DNA of 32,987 nt from the IMG/VR virus record IMGVR_UViG_3300044677_000006, positions 1-32,987 of that record; one strand, 5' to 3'. Made by a program: the position numbers and the translations under genes. The notes beneath the pieces were generated by a model. The model saw only the letters and a list, made by a program, of their open reading frames with translations. It had not been told where the DNA came from and searched no databases. Origin of the DNA: a virus. Its lineage: Duplodnaviria; Caudoviricetes. This document shows positions 1 to 8,018 of this stretch, piece by piece (within the stretch, counting starts at the first letter, position 1; every line of letters begins with the position of its first letter).

Positions 1-277
1 GTATACTTCCGTATCCAGTGTCATAATCATACGTAAGAACTATTAATGTATTAGCAGTCTGAGTAGGATAGTTATAAATTCTTTTAATATTAGTTAATGG
101 AACTAATACATCCTGACTAATTGAAATACCACGTCTAGTTTTAAATGTTGATTGAGCTATGTATTCTATATTATTACAGTCAGAGAAGTGATCTTGTGGA
201 GTTGTATCTTCATCTCCACGATTCCATAGACCATTGAATTTATCTATCGGTAATCCCTGATGATCTCGAACTGGCAT
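1..277 (-). CDS. Putative tail nozzle/hub protein (tail tubular B or P22 gp10-like), truncated by the window edge
   Basis: Manually translated open frame MPVRDHQGLPIDKFNGLWNRGDEDTTPQDHFSDCNNIEY...FKTRRG running off the window; starts 2 nt after the upstream stop; N-terminal F.G...N....RRG pattern and position after an adaptor-like gene. Confidence 0.55.
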   Translation of the reverse strand, partial: MPVRDHQGLPIDKFNGLWNRGDEDTTPQDHFSDCNNIEYIAQSTFKTRRGISISQDVLVPLTNIKRIYNYPTQTANTLIVLTYDYDTGYGSI

Positions 278-279
278 AA

Positions 280-975
280 TTAAAAGTTAGTATTACGAGT
301 TTTGAAATTACTACGGAATGGTTTACGTCTAGTAACGATACTCTGCATACCTTTAATTGGTATCCCAAGTGCTCTAGAAAGAGCAGATCCTGTAAGACTG
401 TCTAAAGCTACAGCACGGCTTTCATTTTCTGCAATGAACATAGCTGCAAGAGCGGCAGTCTTATATTCTAAATATGATTTAACATTTGTGAATGGAAGAT
501 TAACATTAATATCTTTGATTAAAATAGGAGTATTAAATAAACTAGCAGTGTAATCAATCTTTAAATCATTATCACTGTTTGCGGCTAATAAATTAATTCT
601 TCCATGTTCCCATGACCAGATTAGGAATTGTGAGATTGTAGTGTTATCTTGTAAATAATGAGGGAGAAACTCTCTTTTATTTACAGGAGTCCACTGATTC
701 AATCCTGATGGAGACTCCCATAACTGTTGTATCTCAATTAAATCACTTGGAAGAGAAGGAGTAGTATCAAATCCTAACCTATCAATACCAGAAAGAATTT
801 TGATAGCTTTGCTAGTCTCATTTGTTACTGGAATTCCATTAAGTTCATACAATTCTTGTAACTCGTCCAACGAGAGATTGAGAAACGGGAGAACTACGCT
901 ATTTGTATATATAGCTTGCTCCGAATCATTCATTAAATTCGAAACAGCAGTTATAATATCACTAGGTCTTGGCAT
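280..975 (-). CDS. Putative head-tail adaptor (tail tubular protein A-like)
   Basis: 231 aa; N-terminal helical pattern (IITAVSNLMND...VLPFLNLSLDEL) then LPSD, typical of podovirus adaptors; synteny downstream of capsid genes. Confidence 0.55.
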   Translation of the reverse strand: MPRPSDIITAVSNLMNDSEQAIYTNSVVLPFLNLSLDELQELYELNGIPVTNETSKAIKILSGIDRLGFDTTPSLPSDLIEIQQLWESPSGLNQWTPVNKREFLPHYLQDNTTISQFLIWSWEHGRINLLAANSDNDLKIDYTASLFNTPILIKDINVNLPFTNVKSYLEYKTAALAAMFIAENESRAVALDSLTGSALSRALGIPIKGMQSIVTRRKPFRSNFKTRNTNF

Positions 976-1438
976 TGCTTAATATCTCCAATCCAGCTTT
1001 TAAAGTGCCAAATTTACTTTTTATTCTTATACAATGAGAGCACACTTTAACTCCATTTAGCGCATATTTAAAATCTTGATTTATAATAGAAAATGGATGT
1101 CCATGTCTACAAAGAGAATCTGAGCTTCTCTTCTTTAGTTTCCATCCTAATAAAAGATTCCTGATCTGTTCTCTTCTTCTAACTCCCATTAAAGAATACA
1201 GAGTCATCATCCATTGTATAGCTCTAGACCCTAATAGCTGAAAAGAGTAAATATCTTTCTTACCCGCTGTATTATAATGATAAATTCTACAGTCAATTTG
1301 CATAGCATCTCTAACTCTTCTAACTATATCTTCATCAGTCATGGCTAGAGATATTTTATGTGTCCCATTATTTTTAGTAAAAGATCCTTCTCCTTCCCAT
1401 ATTCCAGCGATATAATAAATCTGTTTTATATCTACCAT
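962..1438 (-). CDS. Free-standing LAGLIDADG-like homing endonuclease with C-terminal Cys/His finger
   Basis: YIAGIWEGEGSF motif; C-terminal CRHGH...CSHC; paralog of 23829..24299. Confidence 0.75.
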   Translation of the reverse strand: MVDIKQIYYIAGIWEGEGSFTKNNGTHKISLAMTDEDIVRRVRDAMQIDCRIYHYNTAGKKDIYSFQLLGSRAIQWMMTLYSLMGVRRREQIRNLLLGWKLKKRSSDSLCRHGHPFSIINQDFKYALNGVKVCSHCIRIKSKFGTLKAGLEILSNAKT

Positions 1439-1439
1439 A

Positions 1440-1796
1440 CTACGACCAAACCAATCTAACTCCTACAATAGCAGCCGCAGCGTTCAATACTAAACTAGCA
1501 AATGTAGGATCTAATGATAGACTCGTAGGGTCAGTTAAATGAAGAGGAACTCCTGTATCTCCAGCAACTCCTTTAAGAGTTATTAGAGATGTATTACCGG
1601 CTGGAGGAATAATCATCAAACCAGTAATAATGATGTTTGTTACTACCGGAACTGAAATAGTGTTAGCTCCTAAAACTAATGACTGAATGATTTCCATACC
1701 AGGAGATACAGTATTATCAAGGGCAGATTGAATTACTGATGCAGTAATATCACCAGAGAATTGAACTTGGACTGTTCTAGAACTTGTTACTGACAT
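1440..1796 (-). CDS. Hypothetical beta-rich virion protein
   Basis: 118 aa, Ser/Thr/Val-rich, tightly packed in the structural operon. Confidence 0.6.
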   Translation of the reverse strand: MSVTSSRTVQVQFSGDITASVIQSALDNTVSPGMEIIQSLVLGANTISVPVVTNIIITGLMIIPPAGNTSLITLKGVAGDTGVPLHLTDPTSLSLDPTFASLVLNAAAAIVGVRLVWS

Positions 1797-2521
1797 TAGA
1801 CTGCAAATTTCAATTCTTTGGCAAGAGGATGATCTTTATCAATACTCTTACATGTTGGACAAATAGGATATGCTGCATTTCTCATACTTCCACAAGCAGC
1901 ACAACGAGTAAGTTCAGCCTGTTGGAAATCTTTTAACCAAGGCTTATCGTTTAAGTTAAGACTTCTCGCCGCAAGTCTCATTTCATCCCAAATGGCAAGA
2001 GGATTCCCGGCAGTTCGTGACCATAAACTATCTGCGAGGCGAACAAGAATACGATACCAATTATCTTGTTTAATTTTAACCTCATCTAATTTCTTCTTAT
2101 ATTTCATTTTAATTTCCATAGTGCTATTTTCACCAAGAACAAAGAATAAACCTGGCATAGAATCGCTCATGTTACAACCAAGCATTCCATTACAATAGTC
2201 TTTAATGACCGAATCAGCAATTTGAATACTACTGATAGGAATCTCAAGCATGGGCTGATCGACATCGATATCTTTCCACCATGAACTTGAACCTACAATT
2301 AAAATTGCTGGCTCTTCAAATGTTCCGGCAGGAATATGAAACTTGCCAGGTTCGATTGTATGTTTAGTTTCATCAATTTCTTTTGGGAAGATACTAACAA
2401 TTGTACATTTATCCATAGGATTCTTAGCAGACCTAATAACTCTACGACTATTAAGCATAGTATTAGTAAATTCCATTTGGGTGTTTCCGGCTCGAATTGG
2501 TGATCCGACTTCGTCGCTCAT
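1796..2521 (-). CDS. Hypothetical protein with C-terminal zinc ribbon
   Basis: 241 aa; CAAC...CPTC near the C-terminus; stop overlaps the next start. Confidence 0.7.
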   Translation of the reverse strand: MSDEVGSPIRAGNTQMEFTNTMLNSRRVIRSAKNPMDKCTIVSIFPKEIDETKHTIEPGKFHIPAGTFEEPAILIVGSSSWWKDIDVDQPMLEIPISSIQIADSVIKDYCNGMLGCNMSDSMPGLFFVLGENSTMEIKMKYKKKLDEVKIKQDNWYRILVRLADSLWSRTAGNPLAIWDEMRLAARSLNLNDKPWLKDFQQAELTRCAACGSMRNAAYPICPTCKSIDKDHPLAKELKFAV

Positions 2522-2549
2522 TGTTTTTTCCTTTTTGATGTCTAAAACA

Positions 2550-3086
2550 TCAGTTTATAGTTTTATTTCCGGGAACTGTAACTCCAGTGCCATAAGCAAG
2601 ATGATCTCCAATTTCAGTCTCATTACCAAATAATTGATCCTCAACTTTCTTAAGCTTTGCTTCACGTTCTTCTGGTGAGATATTCTTATCTTTATATCTT
2701 GTAAACGTATCTTTCTTACCAATAGCTTGATTCATAGAATCAATTATGTATCGGCATCCTTCAAAGAATGGGGGAAGATAATTTTTATTTTTATCCTCAA
2801 ACACCCAAGCCGGCTCATATGAAATTTTTCCAAGCAAATCAGTTTCACCAACTACAGGAACCAATCTCTCAAGAATATATTTAGCTCTAACCCACTGTTT
2901 ATATTTCGGTAGAAGACGAACCTCTGGATGAATAAGCTCAAACCCTTCATCTGTATAATTTGTCCATCTTTTTTCGTATTGATCTTCTGAAAATACTACT
3001 CTAAATCTGGGATTATTTCCGATTTCAGTACCATACTCTTCTGAGAGCTTCTTATTTATACTTTCTATAGATTCTCTAAGTTCCAT
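2550..3086 (-). CDS. Hypothetical protein
   Basis: 178 aa ORF co-oriented in the operon. Confidence 0.7.
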   Translation of the reverse strand: MELRESIESINKKLSEEYGTEIGNNPRFRVVFSEDQYEKRWTNYTDEGFELIHPEVRLLPKYKQWVRAKYILERLVPVVGETDLLGKISYEPAWVFEDKNKNYLPPFFEGCRYIIDSMNQAIGKKDTFTRYKDKNISPEEREAKLKKVEDQLFGNETEIGDHLAYGTGVTVPGNKTIN

Positions 3087-3097
3087 CTCAATCTCTT

Positions 3098-3177
3098 AAA
3101 AAATGAGCCGCCCTCACAGTATTCTACTCCACTGAATTGTGAAGGTTAGAATACAGGCAGTAGATGAGAGCGGCTCA
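3098..3177 (-). terminator. Long interrupted hairpin with U-tract (intrinsic terminator-like)
   Basis: Outer stem 3104-3116/3165-3177 (13 bp, one G-U on the minus transcript), inner stem 3119-3126/3147-3154, followed by T6 on the minus strand. Confidence 0.65.
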
Positions 3178-3195
3178 ACTCAAGATTCTTTTTCT

Positions 3196-3426
3196 TTAGG
3201 GGTTAGCGGCAACAGCAGTAGCTAAAGCATCAGCATCGGTATTTAAATCAGTAACAACTTGCTGAACAGGAGCTAAATCAGCCGCACTTGCTCCGCCAGC
3301 GACAGCGGCATCAACGGCAGCCTGCACTCTAGCAGCAATACCATTAACAAGTGTAGTAGCAGATTCCATAGCACCCTTAGCCTTAGCTGTTGCAGTAGCG
3401 AGATCAGTGAGAACTTGTGCCGGCAT
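3196..3426 (-). CDS. Small Ala-rich helical protein (76 aa)
   Basis: Start re-called at MPAQVL (AAGGA upstream); the longer 3516 start overlaps another ORF. Confidence 0.65.
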   Translation of the reverse strand: MPAQVLTDLATATAKAKGAMESATTLVNGIAARVQAAVDAAVAGGASAADLAPVQQVVTDLNTDADALATAVAANP

Positions 3427-3577
3427 TCTTTTCATCCTTTTTTTCTGCTTTGATAAGATCATCACTAGCTTTATTAAGCTCCTCAGTAATAGTTTTAATT
3501 TGTTCATCATCTGCACTTTTAAAAAGCTTAATAAATGTCATTAAATCATTGAATCCTTCAATTTCTATTTTAATCAT
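3404..3577 (-). CDS. Small hypothetical protein (57 aa), absent from the ORF track
   Basis: Manual translation MIKIEIEGFNDLMTFIKLFKSADDEQ...GTSSH*; starts 2 nt after the upstream stop and fills the gap. Confidence 0.6.
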   Translation of the reverse strand: MIKIEIEGFNDLMTFIKLFKSADDEQIKTITEELNKASDDLIKAEKKDEKNAGTSSH

Positions 3578-3579
3578 TT

Positions 3580-4287
3580 TTAATCAAGCAATGCAGCGAC
3601 CTGTCGATATGCACACATCCAATTAAGAACTCCAGCTGCTGTACCAGGATTAGTAGGAGCAGCAGAACTAACAAGAGCTAGTCCATTTGCTGATGTATAA
3701 GTATTTTTTGTAGCAGCTAATGGAACTAATTCAATAATTACGTCAGCAGCGGCTTGAATTAATACAGTACCAGTTACAATACCTGTTAAAGCAGCTCCAC
3801 CACCTGAAATATTAACTGTTACGTTTCCAGCCGCACCTGTATATGCAGCAGTTAAGAAATCATTAGCAACTACACAAGAGAGTAACTCATTAATAGCACC
3901 GGCGGGAGCGGCTGGAACTAATACAACACCATTAGCATTTCCTAATTGACCAGCAGCAGTTCCAATAATATTAGCTGGAGAGATAGAACCCCTAGCAATT
4001 TGAACAACACTAGGAGCTAACTGAGCTGATGCGATACCACCAGAAGGTATACTAGCTAAACTCCATGTAGGACTAGCTAATGTTCCAGTATTTTGATATA
4101 ATACACCATTTGTAGTATCAATTAATAATGCTCCAATACCAGCTTGTCCTACATATGTTCCAGACGTTCCAGATGTAGGAGCACCAGCATTAGTTAGAAG
4201 GGGGACATTAGCATTAATTAGAGCACGTAACATTGCCCATATATTAATGGGTGTCCAAGAACCAACTCCAGGATCAGCAGTAGCCAT
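3580..4287 (-). CDS. Putative head fibre/decoration protein
   Basis: 235 aa, Ala/Gly/Thr-rich; GAPTSG...GALLIDTTNGVLYQNTGT..SPTW pattern seen in phage virion fibres; GGAG SD. Confidence 0.55.
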   Translation of the reverse strand: MATADPGVGSWTPINIWAMLRALINANVPLLTNAGAPTSGTSGTYVGQAGIGALLIDTTNGVLYQNTGTLASPTWSLASIPSGGIASAQLAPSVVQIARGSISPANIIGTAAGQLGNANGVVLVPAAPAGAINELLSCVVANDFLTAAYTGAAGNVTVNISGGGAALTGIVTGTVLIQAAADVIIELVPLAATKNTYTSANGLALVSSAAPTNPGTAAGVLNWMCAYRQVAALLD

Positions 4288-4340
4288 CTTTTCTCCATCT
4301 TTTCAGACATCCTGCAGAGCAGGACAGAGAATCTTTAATT

Positions 4341-5045
4341 CTATTTAACTAAAGCTAATTCTTGTTCTTTAATTTGTTCTAATGTAGGAATATCTTGTGT
4401 TATTCTGACATTACCACTCGTATGTTTATAATTTGTAAACCATTCTCCTTCAAGTTTCTCAGGCCATATTGTCACGATAGTCATATGTCCTACTGTGGCA
4501 TTTAAATCACACCATACATCATATCCTGCTTTTCTACAGCGATTAAAAAATCCTACATCATCACACCAACCATCTTTATCAATTTCTCCTAATCTAACAT
4601 AAGGAGGTTCTAGCTTCTTAAAAACTTCAGTTGATATGAGAACGGCTCCAAGACCGGCGTTGACTCCTTTAACAAGACCATCTAAGCCTTTAACTAAAGA
4701 AGTGAATTTGCATTTTCCATCATCATAAGCTTTATCAAAAAAAGCTGGACGGTGAGGAAAGGACCGAAGAAGATATAAAGCTGATACAATAGGCTTATCA
4801 TGAGCTAATAGTTTTAGAAGGGTATCTGGAGGGAATATCATATCATCATCCATAAAGAAAATATGACTACAATCATTCTCTAATCCTTGTTTGATAATAG
4901 TATTCCTGGCAGCGGCTGGAGATTGTCCATGAACTGTAGATGTTAGAGAATTATCTGGTCTCTGTAAAGCTAGAAATGAAGGGATAAAACTAGCTTGTCT
5001 GATATGCTCTCCAGTTACAAGAGCTACTAGAATTTTTGTTTTCAT
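4341..5045 (-). CDS. Glycosyltransferase family 2 (GT-A fold)
   Basis: AAARNTII...HIFFMDDDM (DxD), GLGAVLI, DDVGFF.RC...G..VWCD....GH motifs; start re-called at MKTKIL because the longer start lies across a hairpin. Confidence 0.85.
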   Translation of the reverse strand: MKTKILVALVTGEHIRQASFIPSFLALQRPDNSLTSTVHGQSPAAARNTIIKQGLENDCSHIFFMDDDMIFPPDTLLKLLAHDKPIVSALYLLRSFPHRPAFFDKAYDDGKCKFTSLVKGLDGLVKGVNAGLGAVLISTEVFKKLEPPYVRLGEIDKDGWCDDVGFFNRCRKAGYDVWCDLNATVGHMTIVTIWPEKLEGEWFTNYKHTSGNVRITQDIPTLEQIKEQELALVK

Positions 5046-5062
5046 TTTATCTTTCAATGTTA

Positions 5063-5095
5063 GGCTCCCTTCTAATCCCATATTAGAAGGGAGCC
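5063..5095 (-). terminator. Perfect 14-bp hairpin after capsid/decoration genes (terminator or mRNA-stabilising stem)
   Basis: ggctcccttctaat-cccat-attagaagggagcc; no clear U-tract. Confidence 0.55.
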
Positions 5096-5106
5096 CCATA
5101 GCCTAA

Positions 5107-5436
5107 CTACGTTGTTCCAGTTACGATATAATGTCCACCAGTTGTATAACTAGCATCTCCTAGTGGATTGTAAACAAGTAAATATGCCCTATTTGCCACT
5201 GTGACAGTTCCACCAACGATATTGCCACCAGTTGTAAATCCAGTAGTGGTTCCGGCTACGATACAGAGCATATGCTGACCAGTTACAGGAGGATTAATAG
5301 TTCCTACAGCGGTATTACCAGTAAGAACAGTAATAAATGAACTAGGACTAATAGTAGCCGCAGCCGTAACGGTAATAGGACTAGGCTGTAAATTATCCTG
5401 TACAGTAGAAAGATTCTGGAACAATGCATCAGACAT
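5107..5436 (-). CDS. Putative capsid decoration/minor capsid protein
   Basis: 109 aa, Thr/Gly-rich, directly after the major capsid gene with a GGAG SD. Confidence 0.55.
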   Translation of the reverse strand: MSDALFQNLSTVQDNLQPSPITVTAAATISPSSFITVLTGNTAVGTINPPVTGQHMLCIVAGTTTGFTTGGNIVGGTVTVANRAYLLVYNPLGDASYTTGGHYIVTGTT

Positions 5437-5450
5437 TTTATCTATTCTCC

Positions 5451-6704
5451 TTAATATCCAGAAGGGATTGCTAATGCGTCAATATATGCTGTAGCGGCTG
5501 GATTCAAAACAAATGTCTGAAATCCAACAACCATATAGAATATATCAGCCGCAGCTACACCACCAGATGCTCCACGCAATTCAAATATACGTCTACCATC
5601 TGATGTATAGAATCCAATAGGCAATATTTCTGCACGACCCCAAATTGAACTAACAACAAAGTCAATACGCTTTTTAGACCAATTAAAATGCTGTTTAATA
5701 GGAGCACCGGCTAACTGCATATTATCGCCAAAATATAAGTTTAATGCTTCATCTTTAGGTGCCTTATGAATAATAGAAATTAACTGACCAATTTCTTCAT
5801 AAGCCTGTGCCTGACAGGGATGTGTCCAAGCAACAGGATCAAAGTTATTATCAATACCTACACGATTACCAATCTTATTAATAGCTAATCTAGGCAACGG
5901 CAATGTTAAAGCAGAGCTTCCGCCATTAACTCGATTAGATCGAATCTCTGGAGTAGAAGCACGGTCATAACCTAACCATGTACCAGTAGAAGCATTACTA
6001 TGATGATATGGAACACCATATAGACCAGGTAAAGCAGTAGGATTAGATAGTCCATCAACAACTAATACATCTGTATTTGTAGCACCGGCAATAGCAGGAG
6101 TAACCTGAATAGTTTTATTTTCAACATCCCATAATGTAACAACACCTTTTCCTCTAAATGTAGCTAGTGTAGTATCATAAACCTGAACAACCTGATCATA
6201 TCGAACTAAACGAGCACCAAATTCAGCATCTAAAACATAGTTATCGACACCGGCTGATGTAGTAGCAGTAGTAATAGTTCCTACTTGACCAGTTCCTGTA
6301 CCTTGTAATTGAGCATCTAACTGTCTCTTAATTTCTACTGTTGCACCAGCCGTTAAGCGGCGAACAGCATTAATAACACTCTTACGTCGGTCATCAGTAG
6401 ACCACTGAGTTAATTTAGTATATTCAATATTCTCTGATAGAAATACAGGTCTTAATACAGCTTTGTCCCAAGTAGGACCGCCACCTCGACCCATATCTCC
6501 ACCATCAGGATTAAAATACTGGAATCTACCTCCAGGTCTTAATTCCATAGGTGCACGCATTTCTCTATAACTAACTACTTCTACGTCACGCTTTTTAATA
6601 TTTCCAAAGAACGTGTCGTCGCTCTCGAAGACAGTGGTAACTTTCGGAAGCACACGTTCTAATTCAGTTCCGGCAACTACTGATTCTACAACAGCACCTG
6701 GCAT
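5451..6704 (-). CDS. Major capsid protein
   Basis: 417 aa; portal-scaffold-capsid synteny; AGGAG SD; beta-rich insertion and GLYGV motif as in HK97-fold coats. Confidence 0.8.
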   Translation of the reverse strand: MPGAVVESVVAGTELERVLPKVTTVFESDDTFFGNIKKRDVEVVSYREMRAPMELRPGGRFQYFNPDGGDMGRGGGPTWDKAVLRPVFLSENIEYTKLTQWSTDDRRKSVINAVRRLTAGATVEIKRQLDAQLQGTGTGQVGTITTATTSAGVDNYVLDAEFGARLVRYDQVVQVYDTTLATFRGKGVVTLWDVENKTIQVTPAIAGATNTDVLVVDGLSNPTALPGLYGVPYHHSNASTGTWLGYDRASTPEIRSNRVNGGSSALTLPLPRLAINKIGNRVGIDNNFDPVAWTHPCQAQAYEEIGQLISIIHKAPKDEALNLYFGDNMQLAGAPIKQHFNWSKKRIDFVVSSIWGRAEILPIGFYTSDGRRIFELRGASGGVAAADIFYMVVGFQTFVLNPAATAYIDALAIPSGY

Positions 6705-6716
6705 AAAACTCTCCTA

Positions 6717-8018
6717 TCAATCTCTCATAAAGAAATCAGTTGTGGATTCTCCTTTTCGTGGACCATCATTTTTACCTTTTGGTTGGCTAGGTCTGCCAGG
6801 TGTTATTGTTCTCGGCTGTCGCCGGGAGTTTTCTTCCTCTTCTTTATCATCAGTCTCATCTTTTCGGTCATTAGACCGAGAATCTTTTAGAGCTTCTGCT
6901 CTAGCTTTTAAAATTGCATTCTTAAGATTACTCTTAGCTTTAGAAAGATAAAATGATTGAATTTTATTCAGAGAATCCTTTGAGAATTTATTCTCAAAAG
7001 AAGATCTCCAAAGCTTATCAAGATTCTTAACGGTAGCTGAATCATCAGCAATTGAAGAAGAAAGAATCTTCATAGCATCAGCAACAGCATTCTTCTTAAC
7101 ATAACTACTCATAGCACCTTTAGGATCAATATAATCAGATATAGTTGCTCTTAGAGTATTATCAACTCGTGATTGTAAATCATCACGAGCAGACTCAAAT
7201 CTTTCCTTTACAAAAGAGAGTCGTTCTTGCTCTACTTCACTATGCTCGGTAGAATCTTTCTTCTCTACTCGATTCACGGGAGCAGTGAATTTAGAAGAAC
7301 CAAAGACGAATTGGTTAACGAGTAGAGCGGCTTGTTTTAAATCTTCATTATTAGTATCATTCGCTTCCTGAACCATTTCCATAATCAATCTCTTATTAAG
7401 ATTACCAACTACATGAAAATAAGCTTCCTTATCAACTTCTGCTAAGGAGGGAAGATAATTATCGACAATCGTATCAAATGCTTTCTTATCAGTTTCTTTT
7501 ACTTCTTTAAGAATTTCTTTTGTATCACCTGATAGAAGCTGACTTTCAAATGCACTAAAAGATTCAGATCTCTCAGCTATTTCTTTAGCATCATCAAATG
7601 ATCCAAATAACTCAGAATATTGTCTATCACGATACATAATTTTTTCTAAGAATGGAAATGTTTTAAATAAATCAGGATATTTAGCTAGTATTTCTTTCTT
7701 CCTAGGAGGAGCTTCAATATCAATATCATCTTCTTTCTTACTTAAGTCTAACTTTTCAATATCTTCATCAGGTTCAACAAGTTCTAAATCTTCATCATCT
7801 TCTTGCTTCTCAAACTTTTCATCATCTTTATCATCATCTTCTTTTAGAGACTTAGATTCTTTTTTCTCTGGTTTTGCCAGAGGTTCTTTATCATCAATCT
7901 CCTTGAAGAGATCGTTAATATCATCAGCCGTTTTCGGCGTCGGAATCTTTACTGAAACATCTCCAGCGACGGGAGCTTCAGGAGGATAGAAAAGATTATT
8001 GAACTGGTGCTTTAGCAT
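6717..8018 (-). CDS. Putative scaffolding protein
   Basis: Acidic disordered N-terminus and helical charged body between portal and capsid; start probably MLKHQF (GGAG upstream) rather than 8030. Confidence 0.65.
   Translation of the reverse strand: MLKHQFNNLFYPPEAPVAGDVSVKIPTPKTADDINDLFKEIDDKEPLAKPEKKESKSLKEDDDKDDEKFEKQEDDEDLELVEPDEDIEKLDLSKKEDDIDIEAPPRKKEILAKYPDLFKTFPFLEKIMYRDRQYSELFGSFDDAKEIAERSESFSAFESQLLSGDTKEILKEVKETDKKAFDTIVDNYLPSLAEVDKEAYFHVVGNLNKRLIMEMVQEANDTNNEDLKQAALLVNQFVFGSSKFTAPVNRVEKKDSTEHSEVEQERLSFVKERFESARDDLQSRVDNTLRATISDYIDPKGAMSSYVKKNAVADAMKILSSSIADDSATVKNLDKLWRSSFENKFSKDSLNKIQSFYLSKAKSNLKNAILKARAEALKDSRSNDRKDETDDKEEEENSRRQPRTITPGRPSQPKGKNDGPRKGESTTDFFMRD

Noticed and set aside
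5046-5099. N-terminal extension MGLPSNMGLEGSL of the glycosyltransferase
   Set aside because: It is the translation of a perfect hairpin; MKTKIL at 5045 is the more plausible start
5437-5470. Programmed frameshift or readthrough extending the capsid protein
   Set aside because: No slippery heptamer at the capsid end, and the next gene has its own GGAG SD
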